Positions 37,636 to 45,946 of a DNA stretch of 64,000 bases are shown here, piece by piece. This DNA comes from a bacterium (GTDB taxonomy: Bacteria > Patescibacteriota > Minisyncoccia > Moranbacterales > DUUL01): positions 17,288 through 81,287 of the forward strand of contig JABGXP010000014.1 of the NCBI GenBank assembly GCA_018675685.1, written 5' to 3'. Below the pieces are notes generated by a model that was given only the letters and a program-made list of their open reading frames with translations, had not been told where the DNA came from and ran no database searches. Each line of letters opens with the position of its first letter. Within the stretch, counting starts at the first letter, position 1. The translations under genes were made by a program, and so were the position numbers.

Positions 37636-38277
37636 ATGAAGAAAAGAAATGCAATTATCGCAATTGCAACTTTCGCATTGTTCGGTGGTACTTTATTAGC
37701 TCAAGCTGCAATGTTGACGTCAGAAGAACGAGAAGCCTTAAGGGTAGAGAGAACTGAATTGAGAGACGGCATGAAAGAAAATAGAGCTGAGCTGAAAGAA
37801 GACCGAAAAGAAAACCGAGAACAAATAAAAGAGGAAAAAAAGGAAAAAAGATGCGAAAGAATTGAGAATAGAATTCAAACTAGAATCAAGCGTTACGAAA
37901 ACAAACAAGAACAACACAAGAATGTTTTTGGGAAATTAGTGACACGAGCCAATGGAGTGGTAATAAAACTAAAAGCAAGAGGTCTTGATACTTCAGATTT
38001 GGAAAGTGATCTAACGACATTAAAAGCTAAGGTGCAAGAATTGGAAGAAGAGCACAAAAATTTCATTGAAGGTTTGGATGCGACTGAGACAGTCGCTTGT
38101 GGTGGGTCAAATGGAGAATTCAAAGAAAAATTGGGCGAAGCACGCAAGATGTCTTCCGAAGTGCACACAAAACTACAAGCCGTAAGGGACTATTACAAAA
38201 CAACAATAAGAGCTGATATCTTGGAGTTGCGGAAACAACTCAACAAAGAAGCCAATGAAGATCAAGAAGTGGAATAA
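37636..38277 (+). CDS. Hypothetical secreted coiled-coil protein
   Basis: Signal peptide MKKRNAIIAIATFALFGGTLLAQAA, then a highly charged E/K/R-rich helical sequence. Confidence 0.5.
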   Translation: MKKRNAIIAIATFALFGGTLLAQAAMLTSEEREALRVERTELRDGMKENRAELKEDRKENREQIKEEKKEKRCERIENRIQTRIKRYENKQEQHKNVFGKLVTRANGVVIKLKARGLDTSDLESDLTTLKAKVQELEEEHKNFIEGLDATETVACGGSNGEFKEKLGEARKMSSEVHTKLQAVRDYYKTTIRADILELRKQLNKEANEDQEVE

Positions 38278-38321
38278 TGTCCCAGATCAATTTAAGTAGT
38301 TTTAATATTTTTTATAAAAAA

Positions 38322-38648
38322 ATGCTAAAAAGGAATAAAAAAAATGCGTTGATATTGGCCTTCTTTGTCTTACCTTTTGTACTCTCTGCTTGTGGAAATA
38401 CAAAGAAAAAAACAGACGTAAGCACACAAAGCCAAACAAAAAATGGTGCTGAAATGGTCAATGAGCAAAGTGAAACAAGGGAGCAGCTAGTTCCAAGTGA
38501 TAAAATGGAATTTTCTGATCCTGGTGATGATGAAATTGGTAAAGAGATTAAAGAAATGGATGATCTTTTGAACCAAACAACTCCTAGCGAGTATAGCGAG
38601 GATGACTTAACGGACGCTGTTATCGAAAATGATGTCGAGTTGAAATAA
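38322..38648 (+). CDS. Hypothetical lipoprotein (lipobox LSAC), acidic
   Basis: ORF 38277-38648; the likely start is MLKRNKKNALILAFFVLPFVLSACG; acidic C-terminal half. Confidence 0.45.
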   Translation: MLKRNKKNALILAFFVLPFVLSACGNTKKKTDVSTQSQTKNGAEMVNEQSETREQLVPSDKMEFSDPGDDEIGKEIKEMDDLLNQTTPSEYSEDDLTDAVIENDVELK

Positions 38649-38683
38649 AAAGCTCTTAAAGACGCAGAAAATTATTTGTTAAA

Positions 38684-38712
38684 AAAGACCTCGCACAGAG
38701 CAAGGTCTTTTT
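38684..38712 (+). terminator. Hairpin terminator after the lipoprotein gene
   Basis: AAAAGACCTCGC-acagag-CAAGGTCTTTTTTTG. Confidence 0.55.
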
Positions 38713-38759
38713 TTGTGTGGATAAATAAAGTATACTAAGGTTAAATTGAAATAAACTGT

Positions 38760-40718
38760 TTGAATATTAAAATAAAAAATATGTTAAAATTTTTTGTAAA
38801 AGTTTTTTGTATAAGCATTCTAAGTATCGGAAGTTTTTTTGTGTTCTTGCAAAAAGCACAAGCAATTGAAAATCGAGGTGCTTTTGTAATTACAAATTTC
38901 GATGTGGGAATTTTTGTTAAAGAAGATACTACAATCGAAGTGGAAGAAATTATCGATGTTAACTTCTCCCAAAAAAGACATGGGATTTATCGAAAGATTC
39001 CTGTTCGATATAAGGATGATAATGGTTTTAAATACAACATGAAATTAAGAGACGTCTCCGTGACAAATAGAAGAGGCGAGCATCTTGATTTCAAACAATA
39101 TAATGAGGGGAGTGAAGTTGTCTTGCAGATCGGTGATGCCGACGTAGAGATTTTTGGAGATGTGCAGTATGTGATCAGTTATACAATTCAAAGAGGCATG
39201 CGCTTTTTTGATGATCATGATGAAATTTATTGGAACCCAATTGGAGTGGGTTGGCCCACAAAAATCTACAATGCCTCCAGTACTGTTTATTTCGAGGAGA
39301 GAATTAATTCGCTTGAAGAAAATAGCCTTTGTTTTACTGGAGGTTTTGGATCGCTGAAACAGGATTGCACAATAAGTGCTATATCTTCAAGTGAAATTGA
39401 GTTTAATGCAAGTGGAGTATTAAATGAATATGAAGGACTAACAATTGCTGTTAATCTTCCGAAGGGCTTGGTTGAGCAGCCGACAAAAAAAGATTATTTT
39501 TTTATGTTTCTATTAGACAACTGGGCTTTTGCAATTCCAATATTAGCTTTTTTTGGGATGTTTTATTTGTGGCATTTTCGTGGTAAAGAACTGGACTTGG
39601 GGAGAGCAGTAGTGACTCAATATAGCCCCCCCGATAATCTGACTCCTGGAGAAGTGGGATATTTAATAAAAGAGCGATATTCCCATAAGTTCGTTGCTGC
39701 TGATATTGTGAATCTGGCAGTAAAGGGATACTTAGAGATTCGTGAGATTGAAATAGAAGGACTCCAAATATTAAAGAGCTTGAATAATCTTTCGAGCAAA
39801 GTTATTGGGAGGATAAGGCCTATTGTTATTATGGTTTTGATGGGGATAGCGGTCTCCTTTGCAGTACCCCTCGCAGCAGAAGGCACTTCAGTTTTTTCGA
39901 TTATCTTTTCGATCGCATTTTTTGGGATATTTATTTCTATTCTTTTGGGTAAAAATAAAAAACTATTTAAAAATAATACTGTGGGAAAAATGTGCGATTA
40001 TGAATTAGAGAATAAAAAGGATTGGACAAATACTAAAGAATTAACATTGCACGAAAAAAGATTATTGAAAGGTTTATTTGCAAGTAAGATTCTTGGTAAG
40101 GTTAAGCTTTCTGATAAAAAGAAGTTCTATACACATGTTGGAATCGCCACTAAGAAAATCGATGAACAAATTAAAACAAGAGAGTATTTTGAAAAATCGA
40201 CAATCAACAGTAAGGTCCTATACGTAGTATCGGGAGTTTTAGCTGGTTTTGTAATGTTCGTTATTGGAAGTATCACACAGAGATTGGATTTTTTTCTTAG
40301 TGCAATTGCAACAGCAACAGTTCTGATTAGTTTTGGACTTTTAATGTCAAAGAAGACGAAGAAAGGCATCAAGTCATATTGGAATGCGAAGGGGTATGAA
40401 CATTATATTGATGTTGCTGAGCGATATCGAGCAAAGTTCAACGAAGAAGAGAATATTTTCGAGAAAAATCTACCATTCGCAATGGTCTTTGGAAATGTTG
40501 ATAAATGGGCAAAAGCATTTGAGGGAATAACCAAAGAGTCTCCAAGTTGGTATCATTCAAGAACTCCAATTTCATCTTTTAGAGCAGTATCTTTCGCGAA
40601 TTCTTTGAACGATGGTTTTGCATCAGCTGCAAATTCAGCATCAACTTCTCCTAGTTCCTCTTCTTCAGGTGGATCTTCAGGAGGCGGAGGAGGCGGAGGA
40701 GGCGGAGGAAGTTGGTAG
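38760..40718 (+). CDS. DUF2207-family membrane protein with C-terminal Ser/Gly-rich tail
   Basis: Signal peptide. N-terminal beta-rich domain (FVITNFDVGIFVKEDTTIEVEEIIDVNF...RHGIYRKIP); several TM helices; the tail SSSSGGSSGGGGGGGGGGSW. The ATG at 38781 with an A-rich leader is an alternative start. Confidence 0.6.
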   Translation: MNIKIKNMLKFFVKVFCISILSIGSFFVFLQKAQAIENRGAFVITNFDVGIFVKEDTTIEVEEIIDVNFSQKRHGIYRKIPVRYKDDNGFKYNMKLRDVSVTNRRGEHLDFKQYNEGSEVVLQIGDADVEIFGDVQYVISYTIQRGMRFFDDHDEIYWNPIGVGWPTKIYNASSTVYFEERINSLEENSLCFTGGFGSLKQDCTISAISSSEIEFNASGVLNEYEGLTIAVNLPKGLVEQPTKKDYFFMFLLDNWAFAIPILAFFGMFYLWHFRGKELDLGRAVVTQYSPPDNLTPGEVGYLIKERYSHKFVAADIVNLAVKGYLEIREIEIEGLQILKSLNNLSSKVIGRIRPIVIMVLMGIAVSFAVPLAAEGTSVFSIIFSIAFFGIFISILLGKNKKLFKNNTVGKMCDYELENKKDWTNTKELTLHEKRLLKGLFASKILGKVKLSDKKKFYTHVGIATKKIDEQIKTREYFEKSTINSKVLYVVSGVLAGFVMFVIGSITQRLDFFLSAIATATVLISFGLLMSKKTKKGIKSYWNAKGYEHYIDVAERYRAKFNEEENIFEKNLPFAMVFGNVDKWAKAFEGITKESPSWYHSRTPISSFRAVSFANSLNDGFASAANSASTSPSSSSSGGSSGGGGGGGGGGSW

Positions 40719-40765
40719 TTGATTCAAGCTTCTGTAGTCAAATTGCTAAAACGCAAACTTTTTTT

Positions 40766-40822
40766 GTTACTCTCGTAAGTAATAGATGGGAGTATGATTC
40801 GTGAAAAAGTAACTGTGTTACT
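40766..40822. promoter_or_regulatory. Two GTTACT-type inverted repeats upstream of the ABC efflux operon (candidate operator)
   Basis: GTTACTctcgtaAGTAAT at 40766-40783 and the perfect palindrome AGTAACtgtGTTACT at 40808-40822, followed by TATATT; about 30 nt upstream of the macA-like ATG. Confidence 0.3.
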
Positions 40823-40854
40823 ATATTTTCTTTTTTAAAAAATAAATTAAATCG

Positions 40855-42096
40855 ATGAGTCAGGTGAAAGAGATTGGAATGTGGTTGTGGGGAAACAAGA
40901 TTAAAGCATTACTACTACTGGTGCTTGTTGCGGGTAGCTTTTATTATTGGCAACAAAAGCAGAAAACTGCAGAATCCCTAGCGAACAATAAGATCAAGAA
41001 AGCCGTTGTTCAAAAAAGAGACATTGAAGTATTAGTTTCTGGTAGTGGACAAGTGCAACCAGCGAGTCAGGTTGATTTGCGACCCCAAGTGGCTGGTGAT
41101 GGTACCGATGTTACCTCTGTTGAGGTTGAAAATGATCAAGAGGTGAAAGAGGATGATATTATCGCAATACTAGACACGGAGGAGGCTTCGGAGTCAATAA
41201 GAGACGTGAACCTGGAACTGGAATCTTTGCAAATCAGAAAAAAGCAAATCGAAGATGAAAATTATCGAAAAACAACAGAGGACACAAGAATAAGACAGAT
41301 CCAAGAGATTGAAATGCGACAAAAATTGAATAAATTAGCAGATGCAAGAAAAAATCTTCAAGATTATTATATCAAAGCTCCATTCGACGGGATTGTGACT
41401 GGGCTTGATTTTGAATCTGGTGACTCTGTGTCTAGGGATGAGATTCTGGCCTCGGTTATTACTAAAGAAATGGTTGCCAAGATTTCGTTAAATGAGATTG
41501 ACGCTGTAAAGGTGCTAAAAGGTGCTAAGGCAAAATTAACTTTTAGTGCCCTAGAAGGAGTTGAAGCTAGTGGAAGTGTTGCCAAGATGGATACAATTGG
41601 AGAAGTGAGTCAAGGAGTGGTTTCGTATAATGCGGAAATTTCTTTTGATGCCAGTAATGTTTTAGGGCTAAAACCTGGGATGAGCGTAGAAGTCGAGATT
41701 ATAATTGCTGATAAACGAGATGTGCTAACTGTTCCTGTTTCAGCGGTCCAATCGAATCCAAGAGGTAAAAATTTTGTGATGGTTATTTCGGAGGATTTTT
41801 CTTTAGAGAATATGTTCGATGATACGAATTCCGTAGACAAGAATAATAAGAGTGGCGATGAAAAAACTAAAGGAGCTAGAATGCCAGAGGGTGTAAAGCG
41901 AGTTTTAGTTGAAGTTGGTATTTCAGATGATGTGATGATTGAAATTTCAGGTGAAATTTCCTCAGGAGAAATTGTTTTAACACAAACACTTCAATCGTTA
42001 ATGAGCAATATTAATTTAAAGGAAGGAGAAACTGAGAGTTCGAGTAAGAGTTTGATTCCAATGGGAAAAGGAATGGGTGGCGGAAAACGAAAATAG
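40855..42096 (+). CDS. Periplasmic adaptor (membrane fusion protein, MacA/HlyD family)
   Basis: N-terminal TM anchor, coiled-coil hairpin, beta-barrel/lipoyl domains; immediately followed by the MacB-type ATPase and permease. Confidence 0.75.
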   Translation: MSQVKEIGMWLWGNKIKALLLLVLVAGSFYYWQQKQKTAESLANNKIKKAVVQKRDIEVLVSGSGQVQPASQVDLRPQVAGDGTDVTSVEVENDQEVKEDDIIAILDTEEASESIRDVNLELESLQIRKKQIEDENYRKTTEDTRIRQIQEIEMRQKLNKLADARKNLQDYYIKAPFDGIVTGLDFESGDSVSRDEILASVITKEMVAKISLNEIDAVKVLKGAKAKLTFSALEGVEASGSVAKMDTIGEVSQGVVSYNAEISFDASNVLGLKPGMSVEVEIIIADKRDVLTVPVSAVQSNPRGKNFVMVISEDFSLENMFDDTNSVDKNNKSGDEKTKGARMPEGVKRVLVEVGISDDVMIEISGEISSGEIVLTQTLQSLMSNINLKEGETESSSKSLIPMGKGMGGGKRK

Positions 42097-42126
42097 TTTT
42101 AGTGTTTTATTAAATAACTCAAAGAA

Positions 42127-42813
42127 ATGATAGAGTGTAAAAATTTAGTTAAAATATATAAAAATGGTGAGAACAGGACTTGGGCGTTGAAAGGAATTTC
42201 TTTTAAGATTGAAAAAGGTGAATTCGTTGCGATTATGGGTCCGTCTGGAAGCGGAAAATCGACACTGATGCACATCATCGGAGCACTCGACAATCCTACA
42301 AAAGGAGAATATATGTTGGAAGGAAGAGATGTTGCCAAGCTCTCGGATGATCGTTTAGCTGAAATTCGAAATAATAAAATTGGTTTTGTATTTCAATCTT
42401 TTAATTTACTTTCCAGAGCTACAGTAATAAGAAATGTAATGTTGCCACTTTTGTATAATAAAGTTAAAAAAAGCCAGCGAACAAAGAGGGTAGAAGAAGC
42501 CTTGAACGCTGTGAATTTAGATCCTAATCGCTGGGATCATCTTTCAAACCAGCTTTCTGGTGGACAAATCCAAAGAGTCGCAATTGCGCGAGCACTAGTA
42601 AATCAGCCATCTTTAATTTTAGCAGATGAGCCAACTGGAAATTTAGATACAAAAACAGGTGCAATGGTGATGAACACATTTAAGAAATTAAACAGAAGGA
42701 AGGGTCACACAATTATTCTTATTACCCACGAGAAAGAGGTAGCGGAACATGCTGACAGGATTATTCATATTCGAGATGGAGGGATTGAAAAAGATGAGAT
42801 TATTAGAAAATAA
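42127..42813 (+). CDS. ABC transporter ATP-binding protein (MacB/LolD type)
   Basis: Walker A GPSGSGKST; signature LSGGQIQRVAIARAL; Walker B ILADEPTGNLD. Confidence 0.9.
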   Translation: MIECKNLVKIYKNGENRTWALKGISFKIEKGEFVAIMGPSGSGKSTLMHIIGALDNPTKGEYMLEGRDVAKLSDDRLAEIRNNKIGFVFQSFNLLSRATVIRNVMLPLLYNKVKKSQRTKRVEEALNAVNLDPNRWDHLSNQLSGGQIQRVAIARALVNQPSLILADEPTGNLDTKTGAMVMNTFKKLNRRKGHTIILITHEKEVAEHADRIIHIRDGGIEKDEIIRK

Positions 42814-42829
42814 GCACTAAAAAGGAAAA

Positions 42830-44053
42830 ATGAAGTTTGCAGATTTAATTTATGAAACTTTTACTTCAATCACAACCAATAAGGTCCGTTCAAGTTTAAC
42901 AATCCTAGGGATTGTGATTGGAATTGCCTCCGTGATTGTAATGATTGCAATCGGAAAAGGAGCTCAAAGTAGCATCGAGACCGAGATTGAGAAAATTGGC
43001 TCGAATCTTTTAATGATTAGACCAGGAGCACAAAGAGGTCCAGGACAACATGTAAGTCAAGGGCAGGGGTCTTCTCAATCCTTAAAAATGATAGACGTGG
43101 AGTTGATAGAAGCAAATATTGAAGCTGCTAAGGCTGTAGCCCCTGTTGTCACGGAGAAATATCAAATCATTGCAGCTGGTGAAAATACAAAAACTTCTAC
43201 CACAGGAACAACACCAAATTATACTGAAATTAAGAGCATTGCAATCGAAGAAGGGACTTTTTTTACTGACAAGCAAGTGGCGAAAATTTCAAAAGTTGCT
43301 GTTTTGGGTCCCGACACAGCCGTGGATCTTTTCGGTGAGGGTGTTTCCGCTGTTGGAAAAAAAATAACAATCAATGGTGTTATTTTCACAGTGCTTGGAA
43401 CAACTGTTTCTAAGGGAGGTTCTGGCTTTGGAAGTCAAGACGATGTTATTTATATACCAATAACAACTGCTCAGCAATATTTAGTTGGCAACGATTATCT
43501 TTCAACGATTGAAATCAAGGTTAATTCGCAAGAGGAGATGACTGGAGCTGAGAGTGAAATTGAAGTTTTATTGCTCGCAAAGCATGGCTTTGATGATATC
43601 GAAGATGCTGATTTTAGTATCATGAATCAAGCAGATATTATCGAAACAGCATCATCTATAACTGGTACACTGACAATTTTACTGGGTGCTGTTGCTGGAA
43701 TTTCACTTGTGGTAGGTGGAATCGGAATTATGAACATGATGCTAACAACAGTGACTGAGAGAACTCGCGAAATTGGACTTCGAAAGGCAATTGGTGCAAA
43801 GGCTGATGATGTTACGAAGCAGTTTCTTTATGAATCAATTGCATTGACTTTTTTTGGTGGGACAATCGGGATTGTTTTGGGATATGGAGTTGCTATTGGA
43901 ATTAAACAATTTACGGGACTAGAAACAGAGGTTTCTGGTTTTTCAGTTGCACTAGCTTTTGGAGTTTCGACCTTAATCGGGATTGTCTTCGGATATTATC
44001 CGGCTAAAAGAGCTGCAAAACTCAATGCTATCGAAGCTCTTAGGTATGAATAG
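42830..44053 (+). CDS. ABC transporter permease (FtsX/MacB-like, 4 TM with large periplasmic domain)
   Basis: N-terminal TM, ~230-aa periplasmic domain, then the C-terminal FtsX 3-TM bundle (TERTREIGLRKAIGA). Confidence 0.85.
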   Translation: MKFADLIYETFTSITTNKVRSSLTILGIVIGIASVIVMIAIGKGAQSSIETEIEKIGSNLLMIRPGAQRGPGQHVSQGQGSSQSLKMIDVELIEANIEAAKAVAPVVTEKYQIIAAGENTKTSTTGTTPNYTEIKSIAIEEGTFFTDKQVAKISKVAVLGPDTAVDLFGEGVSAVGKKITINGVIFTVLGTTVSKGGSGFGSQDDVIYIPITTAQQYLVGNDYLSTIEIKVNSQEEMTGAESEIEVLLLAKHGFDDIEDADFSIMNQADIIETASSITGTLTILLGAVAGISLVVGGIGIMNMMLTTVTERTREIGLRKAIGAKADDVTKQFLYESIALTFFGGTIGIVLGYGVAIGIKQFTGLETEVSGFSVALAFGVSTLIGIVFGYYPAKRAAKLNAIEALRYE

Positions 44054-44083
44054 TTTCAATTTTAAGTTGGAGTAAATATAAAA

Positions 44084-44124
44084 AATCCCTTTGGGCTTCA
44101 TTAGTTGTTCCTAAGGGATTTTTT
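44084..44124. terminator. Bidirectional hairpin terminator
   Basis: AAAAAATCCCTT-(loop)-AAGGGATTTTTTAT between the convergent genes. Confidence 0.5.
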
Positions 44125-44431
44125 ATATTTTAAATTTTTCTATTGCAAGATAGATTCTAGTCAACTCTTCTTCTACCTCAGGCGTTTCATAATCTGCGTT
44201 GTGTGCTGTTTGTCCAGCATGTCTTGTTTTTGCTTGATCTAGATGGAGGTCAAAGATTGTTTCATCGGAAGCTTCTTTAAGATAGAGATGAAAACGGGGA
44301 TAATGATGAGCGGTTAATTTTCGTACATAGCTAGTTTTGCCAGAGATCCTATCTTGAATTTTAAGATATCCGGAGCGACGAAGCATCATAGCTGGTGTTT
44401 GCGAGAATTTGTTAGGTAATCTAAATTTCAT
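44123..44431 (-). CDS. Hypothetical protein
   Basis: The track ORF starts at a TTG that overlaps the divergent CAP gene start; the first ATG is at 44431 (MKFRLPNKF). No recognised motif. Confidence 0.3.
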   Translation of the reverse strand: MKFRLPNKFSQTPAMMLRRSGYLKIQDRISGKTSYVRKLTAHHYPRFHLYLKEASDETIFDLHLDQAKTRHAGQTAHNADYETPEVEEELTRIYLAIEKFKI

Positions 44432-44504
44432 ACATTTAATTTGAGAAAGAAGTTTCAGCGTGTTAAAATAGGAATAGTTAATATAAAAGAATGTCAATTT
44501 TTTA

Positions 44505-45359
44505 ATGTCGAAAAGAGTTTCCAAAGAGATTAGTTTGATTGCACTAGCATTGCTGATTTTTACCGCGGTGAAATTTTTTGATATTCACATTAAGCAATTT
44601 GAAGAAGTCCACCCTTTTGAAATGGTCGAAACTGGCGTTGTTCATAATGAACTTATCGAAAACAAGGAGTTGGTTCAAGAGAATAGTTTCGATGGAACTG
44701 AGGATGATATTATCAGATTAACAAATGAATTTAGAAAAGAAAAGGGGTTAGATATTCTAATTAGGAACGAAAGTCTAATGGAATCCGCAAAACTTAAAGC
44801 AGAAGACATGAAAAGTCAGGAATATTTCGCTCACGTTTCTCCAGATGGGGTTGAACTTTGGAACCTTGTTCAGCAAGTAGGCTATAGTTACTCGGTTATC
44901 GCTGAAAATATCGCTGAAGGATATTTTTCAGCCGAAAGCGTGGTTGATGCCTGGATGGATAGTGAAGGGCACAGAAAGAATATACTGTCGGTTGAACTTG
45001 AAGAAATAGGAGTTTCAGTGTTAGAGATTAAGAACAAGGAAGAGAGAAAGAGTTATGTTTTAGTTCAACATTTTGCGGCTCCTCAGAAAGAGCTTGATAG
45101 AAAACAAAGCATAGAAGTTGTTTGTGACCAAAAAGTGAAGAAGAATTGTAAGAAGATTGAAAAGAAAAAAGAAGAATATCGGGAATTAGTCAAAGAACAA
45201 GATAAAATAATCGACAAGGCTGAGAAGGAAGGTTTCTCTAAAAAAGATCTAATTGATTTATATGACAATCTAAAGGATTTAAAGGAGATCAGAGATCAGT
45301 ATAAAGAATTTTCTGATGGATGTGAGACATATATCAATAAATGTGATCGATGGGAATAG
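44505..45359 (+). CDS. CAP/SCP (PR-1-like, YkwD-type) domain protein, membrane anchored, with C-terminal coiled coil
   Basis: N-terminal TM; CAP motifs (RLTNEFRKEKGL ... HVSPDGVELWN ... AENIAEGY ... WMDSEGHRKNIL); K/E-rich tail. Confidence 0.7.
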   Translation: MSKRVSKEISLIALALLIFTAVKFFDIHIKQFEEVHPFEMVETGVVHNELIENKELVQENSFDGTEDDIIRLTNEFRKEKGLDILIRNESLMESAKLKAEDMKSQEYFAHVSPDGVELWNLVQQVGYSYSVIAENIAEGYFSAESVVDAWMDSEGHRKNILSVELEEIGVSVLEIKNKEERKSYVLVQHFAAPQKELDRKQSIEVVCDQKVKKNCKKIEKKKEEYRELVKEQDKIIDKAEKEGFSKKDLIDLYDNLKDLKEIRDQYKEFSDGCETYINKCDRWE

Positions 45360-45440
45360 TTTGGTTTGTAAAAAGTTGATAAATTAAGTATACTTAAAGA
45401 AGTTTAAGGGGCAAGATAATTCAAAATAATACTCAAAGGA

Positions 45441-45809
45441 GTGATAAAAAAAATATTAATCGTCGAGGACGATCCAATGTTAGTTGAAATTTACAGTAAA
45501 AAGTTCATAAGTGATGGATTTGATACTGACACAGCTATTAGTGGGGCAGAGGCTGAAAAAAAGATCTTGGCTGGCAAATTTGATCTTGTTTTACTCGATC
45601 TTGTTTTACCAGAAGCAGATGGCTTCGAAGTATTGAAGAAGATTAAAGAAGACCCAGCGGTTCGTGATACGAAAGTTGTTGTTTTTTCAAACCTTTCTCA
45701 ACAAGAAGACAAAGAAAAGGCTGCATTACTTGGAGCGGATGATTTTTTGACAAAATCTGATTACACCCCAGGGGAAATTGTAGAGCATGTAAAAGAAATG
45801 TTGAAGTAG
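45441..45809 (+). CDS. Single-domain response regulator (CheY-like receiver)
   Basis: GTG start at 45441 immediately after AAGGAG. ILIVEDD; phospho-acceptor in VLLDLVLPEADG; the conserved K in FLTKSD. No output domain, and no kinase gene nearby. Confidence 0.7.
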   Translation: MIKKILIVEDDPMLVEIYSKKFISDGFDTDTAISGAEAEKKILAGKFDLVLLDLVLPEADGFEVLKKIKEDPAVRDTKVVVFSNLSQQEDKEKAALLGADDFLTKSDYTPGEIVEHVKEMLK

Positions 45810-45946
45810 GTTCGGATAAAGAACCTTGCTATTAAGAATAGAATTAGCTATTGTGATAAGATTCAAAGGCTTTTTGAGCTGGTTGGACGTTGAGTGTCTT
45901 ATATTCAATACTAGAAAAATTAGAAAAATTAAGAAATTATAAAAAT

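Noticed and set aside
38760-38780. First ATG of the DUF2207 ORF (MNIKIKN…) versus internal ATG at 38781
   Set aside because: This is not a separate feature. The first 7 codons coincide with the recurrent A-rich leader motif, so the true start may be 38781; the longer ORF is kept as the conservative call.
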